DNA of 64,000 nt. Origin: an uncultured Gammaproteobacteria bacterium (GTDB lineage Bacteria > Pseudomonadota > Gammaproteobacteria > Steroidobacterales > Rariloculaceae). This document shows positions 10,176 through 20,582 of the stretch, in pieces. Under the pieces are notes generated by a model, which did no database searches, was not told the origin of the DNA, and worked only from the letters and a program-made list of their open reading frames with translations. The stretch spans positions 5,576 to 69,575 of the forward strand of contig CAYLKA010000004.1 of NCBI GenBank assembly GCA_964384125.1. Direction: 5' to 3'. The position numbers were made by a program, and so were the translations under genes. The stretch's first letter is position 1; every line of letters starts with the position of its first letter.

Positions 10176-10553
10176 GTGTTAAGAGCAATAGCTGTTGCCG
10201 TTTTCTCAGTGTCTGTATTAGGTAGTACGTTTGTATTCGCCCATCACGGTGGAAGCATGTATCCCAACCGCGACGACGAGTCGATACTAGAAGATGCGGT
10301 CGTCGGGGAGTTTTTATTCGTTAATCCGCATGCTCGGTTGTTGTTCAGTTGGACGGATGCTGACGGTACCGCTTCTGAATGGGAAGGAGAGCTCAGTGGC
10401 TCGACCGAGCTGGTAAGATCAGGTATCTATGCCAATCTACTTGGAACTGGTGACCGTATTACGGTTAAGGGATATCCGCACAGCTCCATTCCACGAAACT
10501 TGCGCCTGAGTTCAGTCGTTTTACCAGATGGTCGTGAGGTGCCACTGCCTTGA
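10176..10553 (+). CDS. Secreted His-His N-domain protein; stand-alone N-terminal half of the paralogue family (copy 1a)
   Basis: GTG start after a GGAG. Signal peptide ...STFVFA, then HHGGSMY. It contains VGEFLFVNPH...EWEGEL...GDRITVKGYP...VVLPDGREV, which aligns with the N-terminal ~100 aa of ORFs 25070, 30665, 34707 and 57679. From memory it resembles Pfam DUF6152; I have not verified this. Confidence 0.8.
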   Translation: MLRAIAVAVFSVSVLGSTFVFAHHGGSMYPNRDDESILEDAVVGEFLFVNPHARLLFSWTDADGTASEWEGELSGSTELVRSGIYANLLGTGDRITVKGYPHSSIPRNLRLSSVVLPDGREVPLP

Positions 10554-11281
10554 AATCTGGGTCTGATATCTTCAGAGGGCTTGCTCGGTGGGGATGCATG
10601 GTCATCGCCGCAACGGTGATAACGAGCGTCAATGCACAAGAGGGGGCTCTATCAGGGGGATGGGTGATGGATGTCCGCGGGGCTTGGGATGAGCTGGTTG
10701 CGGCTAATTCTGTACAGGAGGTGCTCGCTGAATTCGACCGCGCTGTCGATGATCCAAGCATGCGGTGCGTTCCACCGGGCCTCATTCGATCAGCCGAAAG
10801 TAGAGCTCAGATAGAGATCATTGAGCAGGATCATCAGATTCTGATTCTTTATGAGGCTTTTGGTGTGATTCGTCGAGTACACCTGAATGGCCCTCAAGCA
10901 CCAGAATGGATGCCTCCCTCTCCCGTTGGGTATTCGGTTGGTGTTTGGCAAGGCGATGAGCTTGTGGTCGAGACGACGCACTTGACCCCTCACCTATTAA
11001 ATGACGACGGTTTCCCGTTTGCCGGTCACCCGGACGCTCGAATTATCGAACGGTATCGACCTTCTGGAGATCGTTTGGAGCTCGAGTTTCGCGTGGAGGA
11101 TCCGGTCAATCTTCGTGGGCCAGCCACACGGACCCATACTTTTGATAGGGTGCCCGATTCGATGCTCCTTCATTACCATTGCGATCCGCTTGAAGCGACT
11201 GGCTGGCGTTTACCCGCTACCGGAGACTCGCTTAGGGATCTCCTCCAATGGCTCGAGCTGCGCCCCCCGATACCTGAATAA
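10550..11281 (+). CDS. Secreted C-domain protein; stand-alone C-terminal half of the paralogue family (copy 1b)
   Basis: The TTG start overlaps the upstream stop (TTGA at 10550-10553). It has its own signal peptide (...VITSVNAQ). DPSMRCVPPG, GYSVGVWQGDELVVETTH, IIERY, VEDPV and HYHCDP align with the C-terminal halves of the four fused paralogues. Confidence 0.75.
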   Translation: MKSGSDIFRGLARWGCMVIAATVITSVNAQEGALSGGWVMDVRGAWDELVAANSVQEVLAEFDRAVDDPSMRCVPPGLIRSAESRAQIEIIEQDHQILILYEAFGVIRRVHLNGPQAPEWMPPSPVGYSVGVWQGDELVVETTHLTPHLLNDDGFPFAGHPDARIIERYRPSGDRLELEFRVEDPVNLRGPATRTHTFDRVPDSMLLHYHCDPLEATGWRLPATGDSLRDLLQWLELRPPIPE

Positions 11282-11351
11282 AAACGGATGGTGATGGCTG
11301 CCGTTGGTTTGATCGAGAGAAAATCAGTCCGAGCAGAAGAGAAGATAAAAC

Positions 11352-11594
11352 GTGACGAACTCAAGAACTCGGTTTGACGACACCTGTGAGATCGTGGGTG
11401 TGAAGAACGAGATTGCCGTTACCGGAGAGATTCTCCAGTTTCGCGAACACGACATCATTATTGCGACGATCCATCGTTCGGCTAAGGTCACGTTGCATTG
11501 GCAGGAAAATGTTGATCAGTACGTCGGGTCGATGGGTGGAGTCGAGTTCAAGTCAGAGGGCCCGAAGTCACATACCTATCGAACTACTAGATGA
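11352..11594 (+). CDS. Hypothetical small protein (80 aa)
   Basis: This is only an ORF with a GTG start in a 343-bp gap. I recognise no motif. A competing ORF lies at 11413-11616. Confidence 0.3.
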   Translation: MTNSRTRFDDTCEIVGVKNEIAVTGEILQFREHDIIIATIHRSAKVTLHWQENVDQYVGSMGGVEFKSEGPKSHTYRTTR

Positions 11595-11624
11595 TTGCGT
11601 GCCCTGCCGGTTCTGATTGCCCGG

Positions 11625-12821
11625 CTACCAGCGAAACAGTCGCGTCGCCATGCCTTGTGGGAAAACTTCTTGACCCCGGGGTAGTTCGATAAAGCCATCG
11701 GTACCGGCCAGTGACACGAAGTCGCCGGAGGTATTGGTTGGGTTGGGCTCTGCCACCGCCAAACCGGTGTCATCCGAGTTAAGTTTGACAGGAAGGAAAT
11801 AGACTAGGTCGGCGGAAAACACGACTTCTGTGGCGAGCCGTACTGTCTCGGGGGACTCTGCGTCGAGTCCCATGGCCTGTCTCAGGGCCGGCAAGACATA
11901 ACGCGTGAGGCAGACAAGCGTTGAGACAGGATTGCCTGGTAGCGCAAAGATGGGTTTCGATGCCTTGCTGACACCGAACCACATCGGTCGCCCCGGCCGC
12001 TGTTCGATGCGATGGAAGACCAATTCGACGCCGAGTGTGTCGAGTACCTGAGGGACAAAGTCGTATTGGCCCATGGATACACCGCCACTCAGAATCAACG
12101 TATCGTTTGCGTCGTGCAGTCTCGCGATGGTTTCGAACATAGTTTCCGGATCGTCTTTTAGATTTACTCGGGTCACCCGAGCCTGGGTGTGGCGCAGCAG
12201 GCTCGCTTCGATTGCGCGATCGTTAGAGGATCGGATCTGATAGGGCTGGATCGGCGCTCCTACCTCAACGAGCTCATCGCCCGTGGAAAGGACCGCGATT
12301 TTCGGTGACTTTGTCACCTGGATGTGCGGAAGGCCCGCGCTTGCCAAGATGGCCATCTCTGTCGGGCCGATGGCCAGACCAGACGAGAGTAGCCGGGTGC
12401 CGGCGATCCGATCCGATCCTCGAGGATGGACGAACTGCCTATCCGAGACCTTGGCCGAATCCTCGATTAGCGCGATTGACTGATCCCGTGTAAGGCGTTC
12501 TACAGGTATCACGGTGTCGGCTCCGTCGGGCAGCATGGCACCAGTCATAATCTCGACGCACTCACCGGCATGAATCAGCAGAGGTGGTGCGCCGGCCCCT
12601 TGTGTTCCGATGACACGATAGCGCCGCAATCCTTGATCCCAATCCGAGAACTTGATTGCAATGCCGTCCATCGTTACACGATCGAAGGGCGGTTGGTCGC
12701 GTTCGGCCTCGACGTTTTCTCGCAGTACGGCGCCGGCGGTGTCGCCGAGCAGACGCTCCTCGGACGGCAGAGCCTGCATGCACCCGAGGATCAGGGCCTC
12801 GGCTTCGGCAACGTCTGTCAT
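11625..12821 (-). CDS. moeA: Molybdopterin molybdotransferase MoeA
   Basis: 398 aa. The MoeA pattern includes PPFDRVTMDGIA, TGDELV, QIRSSN, LILSGGVSMGQYDF and ALPGNPVS. Confidence 0.9.
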   Translation of the reverse strand: MTDVAEAEALILGCMQALPSEERLLGDTAGAVLRENVEAERDQPPFDRVTMDGIAIKFSDWDQGLRRYRVIGTQGAGAPPLLIHAGECVEIMTGAMLPDGADTVIPVERLTRDQSIALIEDSAKVSDRQFVHPRGSDRIAGTRLLSSGLAIGPTEMAILASAGLPHIQVTKSPKIAVLSTGDELVEVGAPIQPYQIRSSNDRAIEASLLRHTQARVTRVNLKDDPETMFETIARLHDANDTLILSGGVSMGQYDFVPQVLDTLGVELVFHRIEQRPGRPMWFGVSKASKPIFALPGNPVSTLVCLTRYVLPALRQAMGLDAESPETVRLATEVVFSADLVYFLPVKLNSDDTGLAVAEPNPTNTSGDFVSLAGTDGFIELPRGQEVFPQGMATRLFRW

Positions 12822-13241
12822 CTAGCGCAACCTCTGTGAACCAAAATACGTCGTGAACATCCCAATGACCAACAGTGTTCTTTGTTTCTAACTTATTGAT
12901 TTAAATGATTAGATTCAATCCACGGTCCCGCTGGGCGCCTCACCCCATGGTGCTATACTAAACGAATCAAGGAGACACCAGATGGACTGCATCGTTCTGT
13001 TCGGTCTACCTTGCTGTTTAACCTCGAGCCCGCTCCGGGGTCAGGTTGCTGATAATCGTGCCACTTGTCATCGGTCATGCTCGATGTTCTGCCAGTATAA
13101 GGACCGGTCCAATGCACAGAACGGTAGCAATCGACTCACTTGCTGAAGTTTCATCTATCGATTGGAGGAGATCTGTTAGTTCGGCTCCAACCCGGTGGTT
13201 GGGCCGGGTTGCCAAGAACGCCCGCGCCCCTCTGAGCTGAC

Positions 13242-14660
13242 ATGCCGCCAGCAGATCCTTCACCCCCAAGACTGACCACCGGCCCCGTGGGGGTTCACTT
13301 GAGAGCGCTTGCGGTGCCAATGGCGCTGGGTTTCGTGGCATTAAATTCCTACAGCATCGCCGATACTTTTTTCGTCGCTCAGCTCGGAACACTTCCGCTA
13401 GCTGCGATGAGTTTCACTTTCCCGGTCGCGTTCGCGATGATTTCCATCGGTCTGGGTGTGGGTATCGGTACGTCGAGCGTTGTCGCTCGTCTTCTTGGGA
13501 CCGGTGATCGGGCGACAGTGCAACGCATTACCACGCATGCTCTGATGCTCGGTGCGGTTGCCGGGTTTCTTCTCCTAGTTATCGGTCTCGCGACGATAGA
13601 GCCTGTGTTTCGCGCCCTGGGGGCCGACGAACGAACGCTTCCGCTCATCGCCGAGTACATGCAGATTTACTATCTGGGGAGCATGTTCTTCATCCTGCCC
13701 ATGGTAGGTAATCATGCGATTCGCGCGACAGGGGATGCGATGGTGCCAGCCGTGATTCTCTCCCTATCCGCGCTGATCAATATTGTCCTTGATCCGCTGC
13801 TGATTTTCGGCTTGTTCGGTTTTCCGCGCATGGAGCTAAGAGGTGCGGCCATCGCGACGGTTATCGCCAACGCGGTCACGGTTCTGGCTTCGATCACCGT
13901 GCTCTATCGACGTGAGCGGCTGATTATGCCCCGCTTCCTGAGTACTGCCGGGCTGTGGGATTCTTGGCAACGACTTTTTCATGTGTGTGTTCCAGCTACG
14001 GTGGCAAACTTGCTCATACCCATCACGATGGCGGCTATCACCGCACTGGTTGCGGGTTTCGGGCCGGAAGCGGTAGCCGGTTTTGGCGTAGCTTCTAGGG
14101 TGGAGTCCGTCGTGCTCATCGTTATTTTTGCATTACAGGCGTCAGTGGGTCCGTTCGTCGGCCAGAACTATGGTGCAGGGCAATTGGATAGGGTTAGACG
14201 TGCCGTTCGTTCCTCGGTCAACTACCTGATGATCTATGGATTCGCGATGGCTACGGTGCTTTTTATCATCTCTCGCCCAACGGTTGCGTTTTTCGACACG
14301 AACCCGGTTGTTGTGGATGTTGCGTCGGCCTACCTTAGGATTGTGCCGTTCACTTACGGCGCGTTCGGGGTGATGATGATTGCTGTCGGATGCTTCAACT
14401 CTCTGGGCCGCCCGTTGCCGGCAGCGATTCTGACATTTGTTAAATTTTTCATCGTCTATCTGCCGCTCGCGTGGGGACTTTCAAGATTGATGGGTCTCAA
14501 TGGAATCTTCTGGGCAAACGCGGTATCTCATCTCGCATTTGGTATAGCCGCCTTCTTTTGGCTGAAGATATTCCTGAGAAAGCTGGCAAGCGGTCTGCTG
14601 CCAAGCGAGGCAAAGACTTCAGGGGTAGAAGAGACAGTTCCGATCGGGCCTATTCAATGA
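13242..14660 (+). CDS. MATE family efflux transporter
   Basis: 472 aa with about 12 predicted TM segments. The MATE N-terminal pattern is LRALAVPMALGFVALNSYSIADTFFVAQLG. Its 3' end overlaps the convergent gene by 11 nt. Confidence 0.85.
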   Translation: MPPADPSPPRLTTGPVGVHLRALAVPMALGFVALNSYSIADTFFVAQLGTLPLAAMSFTFPVAFAMISIGLGVGIGTSSVVARLLGTGDRATVQRITTHALMLGAVAGFLLLVIGLATIEPVFRALGADERTLPLIAEYMQIYYLGSMFFILPMVGNHAIRATGDAMVPAVILSLSALINIVLDPLLIFGLFGFPRMELRGAAIATVIANAVTVLASITVLYRRERLIMPRFLSTAGLWDSWQRLFHVCVPATVANLLIPITMAAITALVAGFGPEAVAGFGVASRVESVVLIVIFALQASVGPFVGQNYGAGQLDRVRRAVRSSVNYLMIYGFAMATVLFIISRPTVAFFDTNPVVVDVASAYLRIVPFTYGAFGVMMIAVGCFNSLGRPLPAAILTFVKFFIVYLPLAWGLSRLMGLNGIFWANAVSHLAFGIAAFFWLKIFLRKLASGLLPSEAKTSGVEETVPIGPIQ

Positions 14661-16185
14661 CGACTTGCGCGGATTCGAATTCGACCTGATAGGCATTGCT
14701 ATTGGTGAATGGGCCGAGGCCGGAAGCCAGCCGTAAAGCGTCACCCGAGGCGAGGGTTCGATCCACCACTCGAACCGTCTGACGTGTCGAGCCGAAGCTG
14801 TCGACATACCGGATGATTATCCTTAAGTCCCTAACAGAGAGAAGCGTCGGATTCGCTACCTCGACTAACAATTGACCCTGTGAGTCAAGCAGCGCTCTGA
14901 GCTGTAGGTAGTTGCCCGGATTCCTCGGAAGATCAAGACGAACGATGGCGCCTTGGGCCGCTTGTCCTGTGGGACTATTGGCGGTTGCTGCGATACGGTA
15001 ATGCTCGAGAGCCGTGTCTAAATCCCCCTCAGTCTCGGCCAGCGTACCGAGCCCGTAGTGCGCCTCTGCGGTCGGGAACAGTTCAATGCTGGTCTGCAAG
15101 TGCGATTCCGCAGCATCCCGTTGATCGAGCGCTCCGTGCGCGCGACCCTTCTGCAGGTGGAAGTAGAAGTACTCGGCGTATTGGCCAATCGCCCGATCGT
15201 AATGTTCGATCGCTGCCGGAAAACGTTCGCGTGCCAAGTCGATATCGCCTGCCAATGCATGAAACTGGGCCTCACCTGGCACGAGGCTTATTGCTTCGAC
15301 CGCCAGTCCGTCGGCCTCATCTAGACGAGTTTCAGCCAACGCAGCCCGGCCGCGATCGTATAGGTTATACGCGGGCTGAGTTTCACGAATGCGGCGTATG
15401 GCCGCTTGATATCGATCGAGACCGATTTCACCACTGGCGGGTAGAGAGGCTGCGGTCTCACGGTTTCTTTCTACCCGTTCCGAAGAAGGTGGGTGGCTGG
15501 CGAACAGACCGGATAGCCAATCCTGTGACCGGCCCTCCGAGAGTCTCACGAAAGTCTCCTGAAGCGCGACCGCTGCCTGAGGGTCATAACCCGCGTTCGC
15601 CAGGTAGTTAATACCATAGAGATCCGCCTCGAGTTCGGCGCCTCGGCCGTACCGCTGATTGATTAGCTGTGCCCCCAAGCTTGCCGCGCCGATTGCCAGG
15701 TCGGAGTAGTCGCCGCGTGCCGCGACGGTCGTTGCTAGTAACGCGCCTTGAAGGATCATGCTGCGCTGCATCGCCTGCGCCCCGTGGCGCGCGGCCGCAT
15801 GCACGATTTCGTGTCCTAGAACGGCCGCGAGTTCTGCTTCAGAGCCCAGCTCTAGCAGAAGCCCCCGATTGACCGCTATTTTTCCGCCGGGTAGTGCCCA
15901 TGCGTTGGGCACCGAGCTATTCAGGACCACGAATTCGTATGGGAGAGCTCGGTCGCTGACACTTGCAAGGCGGTAGCCCACCTCTGCGATGTAGGCGTTC
16001 AATTCCGGATCGAGGACGTAATCACCTCCCTGCATCTGGCGGGAGGGGAGGTACTGTGCGTCACCGATCGCGATCTCCTCCGCCGTGGAGACCAAGTCGA
16101 GCTCTAGATTGCCGGTGACGGGATTGGTGGCGCAGCTCGCTAGGATTAAGGGTGTAATGAACCCGAAAATGCTTCTAAAAGTCAT
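14650..16185 (-). CDS. M48 family zinc metallopeptidase with C-terminal TPR repeats, lipoprotein
   Basis: The ORF extends to 16263. I prefer ATG 16185 (MTFRSIFGFITPLILASC, a lipobox). It has the HExxH site LGHEIVHAAARH and a downstream E (GAELEAD), followed by TPR-like repeats. Confidence 0.85.
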   Translation of the reverse strand: MTFRSIFGFITPLILASCATNPVTGNLELDLVSTAEEIAIGDAQYLPSRQMQGGDYVLDPELNAYIAEVGYRLASVSDRALPYEFVVLNSSVPNAWALPGGKIAVNRGLLLELGSEAELAAVLGHEIVHAAARHGAQAMQRSMILQGALLATTVAARGDYSDLAIGAASLGAQLINQRYGRGAELEADLYGINYLANAGYDPQAAVALQETFVRLSEGRSQDWLSGLFASHPPSSERVERNRETAASLPASGEIGLDRYQAAIRRIRETQPAYNLYDRGRAALAETRLDEADGLAVEAISLVPGEAQFHALAGDIDLARERFPAAIEHYDRAIGQYAEYFYFHLQKGRAHGALDQRDAAESHLQTSIELFPTAEAHYGLGTLAETEGDLDTALEHYRIAATANSPTGQAAQGAIVRLDLPRNPGNYLQLRALLDSQGQLLVEVANPTLLSVRDLRIIIRYVDSFGSTRQTVRVVDRTLASGDALRLASGLGPFTNSNAYQVEFESAQVVIE

Positions 16186-16263
16186 GAAATAGCATCTAAA
16201 AATCACGAACGTGCTGCTATCGTCTGGAATCTGTGATCGGCGGTGAGGCGCCTGTACGTGCAC

Positions 16264-17370
16264 TCAAGCGCCGTCTCGGGCCCCTGTAATGGCGCCCTCC
16301 GTGATTCGGAGCCAGGCCCCAATCTCCATGGCAAACGCCTTGTAGGATTCGTAGACCTTGCGGCTCATCGGATCTTCTGCCGCTAGTTCCTCCATAACCT
16401 CGAGGCTGAACCCACGCAGGACCTCGAGCACATCGTCGGGGAATCTACGCAATTGCACCCCATGTTCCTCGACCAGAGTTTTCAATGACTGTTGATTTCG
16501 CGTATTGAACTCAGCCAACAGATAATCGTTCTCGGCGGTGCAGGCGGTCCTGAGGATCTGCTTCAATTCATCTGAAAGGGACGCGTAGGCATCCATGGAA
16601 ACGAAGCATTCGATAGAGCCCGAAGGCTCGTGCCAGCCAGGATAATAGTAGTACTCGGCGGCCTGGTGCAGACCGAAGGCCAGGTCGTTGTAGGGCCCCA
16701 CCCATTCCGTCGCGTCGATCGCACCTGTCTGCAGTGCCGTGAAAATCTCCGAGGCCGGAAGATTGACGGGCAACGCTCCTGCCCGCTGTATTACCTCGCC
16801 GCCCAGCCCAGGCATTCGAATTTTCAGCCCGTTGAAATCATCCACCGAGTTGATCTCCCGATTGAACCAGCCTCCCATCTGCGTGCCTGTGTTGCCTGCT
16901 GGGAATGGGATAACGTTGTGAGGGGCGTAAGCCTCCTGCCAGAGCTCAAGGCCGCCGCCGAAGTAAAGCCAAGCGTTAAACTCGTTTGGCAGCATGCCGA
17001 ATGGGACGCTACCGAAAAGTTGTGCGGCGGGTACTTTCCCCCGCCAGTAGATCGGAGCGGAGTGGCCGAGTTGGATAGTGCCGCGCGAGACTGCGTCGAG
17101 CACCTCGAACGCCGGCACGAGCTCGCCGGCTGCGAATACCTCCACTTCCAGTCGACCCCCGGAAAGCGCTCCGAGCCGCTCGGCAAGGCGGTTAGCTGAG
17201 GTGCCATGCCCGGGAAAATTAGGCGGCCAAGAAGTCACCATGCGCCATCGATGTCGCTCTGCTGATCCCGTCGATTCGCCAGGTTCCTCGATTTGTGTGC
17301 AGGCGGCGAGAGCTCCTAGGCCGCCATATATAAAGGTGCGTCGGTGCATGGCGCTCATTCTGCCACTCAT
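16264..17370 (-). CDS. TRAP transporter substrate-binding protein (DctP family), orphan
   Basis: 368 aa. A Tat/lipoprotein-like leader is present (MHRRTFIYGGLGALAAC; possible start 17349). The DctP-type pattern is WRMVTSWPPNFPG...GLKIRMPG. There are no adjacent DctQM genes. Confidence 0.8.
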   Translation of the reverse strand: MSGRMSAMHRRTFIYGGLGALAACTQIEEPGESTGSAERHRWRMVTSWPPNFPGHGTSANRLAERLGALSGGRLEVEVFAAGELVPAFEVLDAVSRGTIQLGHSAPIYWRGKVPAAQLFGSVPFGMLPNEFNAWLYFGGGLELWQEAYAPHNVIPFPAGNTGTQMGGWFNREINSVDDFNGLKIRMPGLGGEVIQRAGALPVNLPASEIFTALQTGAIDATEWVGPYNDLAFGLHQAAEYYYYPGWHEPSGSIECFVSMDAYASLSDELKQILRTACTAENDYLLAEFNTRNQQSLKTLVEEHGVQLRRFPDDVLEVLRGFSLEVMEELAAEDPMSRKVYESYKAFAMEIGAWLRITEGAITGARDGA

Positions 17371-17535
17371 CGGCTGTCGTCGAAAGGCGGCGGATAGTGC
17401 ATTGCTTTTGGAATATTGAGTTGGTCAGCATCGACGATAGATTTAGGAGTCGACGTGATCGGTAGGGCCCACATTGGTCGTCCGCTCTCTGATTCAATTG
17501 TGAAAAGGGGTGTCCATGACCGACAATTGCACGTT

Positions 17536-19239
17536 ATGGATATGGTGGAAAAACCCGGTAGGGACTTCATCCGGCAGATCGTCGCGGGAGACGTTACCGC
17601 AGGCAAAGATGACGCTCGTGTGCAGACACGGTTTCCGCCGGAACCAAACGGCTATTTGCATATCGGACATGCAAAAGCGATATGTCTCGATTTTGGCATA
17701 GCCGATGAATTCGGTGGCGAATGCTATCTGCGATTCGACGACACAAACCCGGAGAAAGAGGACGTCGAATATGTAGAGGCGATCCAGGAGGATGTTCGTT
17801 GGCTTGGCTACGACTGGGGAGACCGGCTCGCTCACGCATCAGACTATTTTCCAAAGCTTCACGACTTTGCGATCGATCTCATCCAGGCTGGGAAAGCATA
17901 TGTGGATAGCCTTAGTGCGGAGGAGATTCGCTCATTTCGCGGCACTCTCAAAGAGCCGGGCACGAACAGCCCCCATCGGAACCGTCCTATAGAAGAGAGC
18001 CTGGAGTTATTTGCAGCCATGGGCCGAGGTGATTTCGAAGAAGGTGAACATGTGCTGCGCGCCAAAATTGATATGGCTTCGCCCAATCTCAACTTGCGTG
18101 ACCCAACTTTGTACCGTATCCGAAAAGTCCCCCACCAGCGCACTGGGGACAGGTGGTGCATTTATCCGATGTACGATTTCGCCCACACGCTGTCTGACGC
18201 GTTGGAAGGAACCACTCACTCGCTTTGCACGCTTGAGTTCGAAGATCATCGCCCGCTTTATAATTGGTTTCTCGAGAACCTGCCGGTTCCGCATCGTCCG
18301 CGCCAGATCGAGTTTTCCCGCCTGAACCTTATGTTCACTATTTTGAGTAAGCGCAAGCTCTCTCAGTTGGTCGATGAAGGTCATGTGGAGGGGTGGGACG
18401 ATCCCCGGATGCCGACACTCTCCGGGATCAGGAGGCGTGGCTATACACCTGCATCGATTCGAGACTTCGTGGGACGTATCGGTATCACCAAGAAGGAGAA
18501 CGTCATTGAGCTCGGGGCACTGGAGAACTGTGTCCGCGAAGAACTAAACGAGACGGCTCCCAGGCGGTTTGCGGTTCTTCAGCCTTTGAAGGTTGTCATC
18601 GATAATTACCCGGAGGAGGGCGAGGAGTGGCTTGAGGCGTCGAACCATCCAAATCGGCCGGAACTCGGTTCACGACAGGTTCCGTTCAGTCGGGAGATTT
18701 TTATCGAGCGTGACGATTTCAGGGAGGATCCGCCAGGAAAGTTCCGTCGTCTCAGTCCCGGTATTGAGGTGCGGTTGCGTTATGCGTACATCGTGAAGTG
18801 CGAGAGCGTGGTCAAAGATGAGAGCGGCGAGATCGTCGAGTTAAGGTGCAGTTACGACCCGGAGACCCGAAGCGGCACAGACCAGGCGCAGCGCAAGGTG
18901 AAGGGAACGATTCATTGGGTATCCGCCAGGCATGCGACACGCCGCGAGGTTCGGTTGTACGACCGCCTATTCCTATCGCCAAATCCGGATCAGGGTGATG
19001 GTGATTTCAAGCAGCACCTCAACCCGGAGTCGCTTCAGATTCTGCCAGATGCCGCGCTAGAACCAGCCTTGGCGGAGGCTGGGCCCGGGGAGCGTTTCCA
19101 GTTCGAGCGACAAGGATACTTCATGATTGATCCCGGCCTCGAAGACCGGGTGGTATTCAGCCGCACCGTAACTCTGCGGGACTCATGGGCGAAGATCGAG
19201 CGACAAGCGGTGCGGGAGCAGAGTAGTCGTGGCCAATAA
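17536..19239 (+). CDS. glnS: Glutamine--tRNA ligase GlnS
   Basis: The ORF spans 17416-19239. The homologous start is ATG 17536 ([16 protein letters not shown]...). It has the class I motifs HIGH ([13 protein letters not shown]) and KMSKS-like (FTILSKRKL). Confidence 0.93.
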   Translation: MDMVEKPGRDFIRQIVAGDVTAGKDDARVQTRFPPEPNGYLHIGHAKAICLDFGIADEFGGECYLRFDDTNPEKEDVEYVEAIQEDVRWLGYDWGDRLAHASDYFPKLHDFAIDLIQAGKAYVDSLSAEEIRSFRGTLKEPGTNSPHRNRPIEESLELFAAMGRGDFEEGEHVLRAKIDMASPNLNLRDPTLYRIRKVPHQRTGDRWCIYPMYDFAHTLSDALEGTTHSLCTLEFEDHRPLYNWFLENLPVPHRPRQIEFSRLNLMFTILSKRKLSQLVDEGHVEGWDDPRMPTLSGIRRRGYTPASIRDFVGRIGITKKENVIELGALENCVREELNETAPRRFAVLQPLKVVIDNYPEEGEEWLEASNHPNRPELGSRQVPFSREIFIERDDFREDPPGKFRRLSPGIEVRLRYAYIVKCESVVKDESGEIVELRCSYDPETRSGTDQAQRKVKGTIHWVSARHATRREVRLYDRLFLSPNPDQGDGDFKQHLNPESLQILPDAALEPALAEAGPGERFQFERQGYFMIDPGLEDRVVFSRTVTLRDSWAKIERQAVREQSSRGQ

Positions 19240-19374
19240 GTTGCGGAAGAGCATTGAAGGGTGTGTCGGGTGGTTATAGGCTGATCCACTATCCTAAAGA
19301 GGGCATCTCCACGATGTCCTTACCGTAACTGCGAGGGTCTGGATTTTTTAAATGCGCCAGCAGTTCAACTACGA

Positions 19375-20526
<1,152 letters not shown>

Positions 20527-20582
20527 TTACTGACTATACGAGTGCGTTTAAGACCTACTGTGGTGCGCCGTCAGTTCCAATG

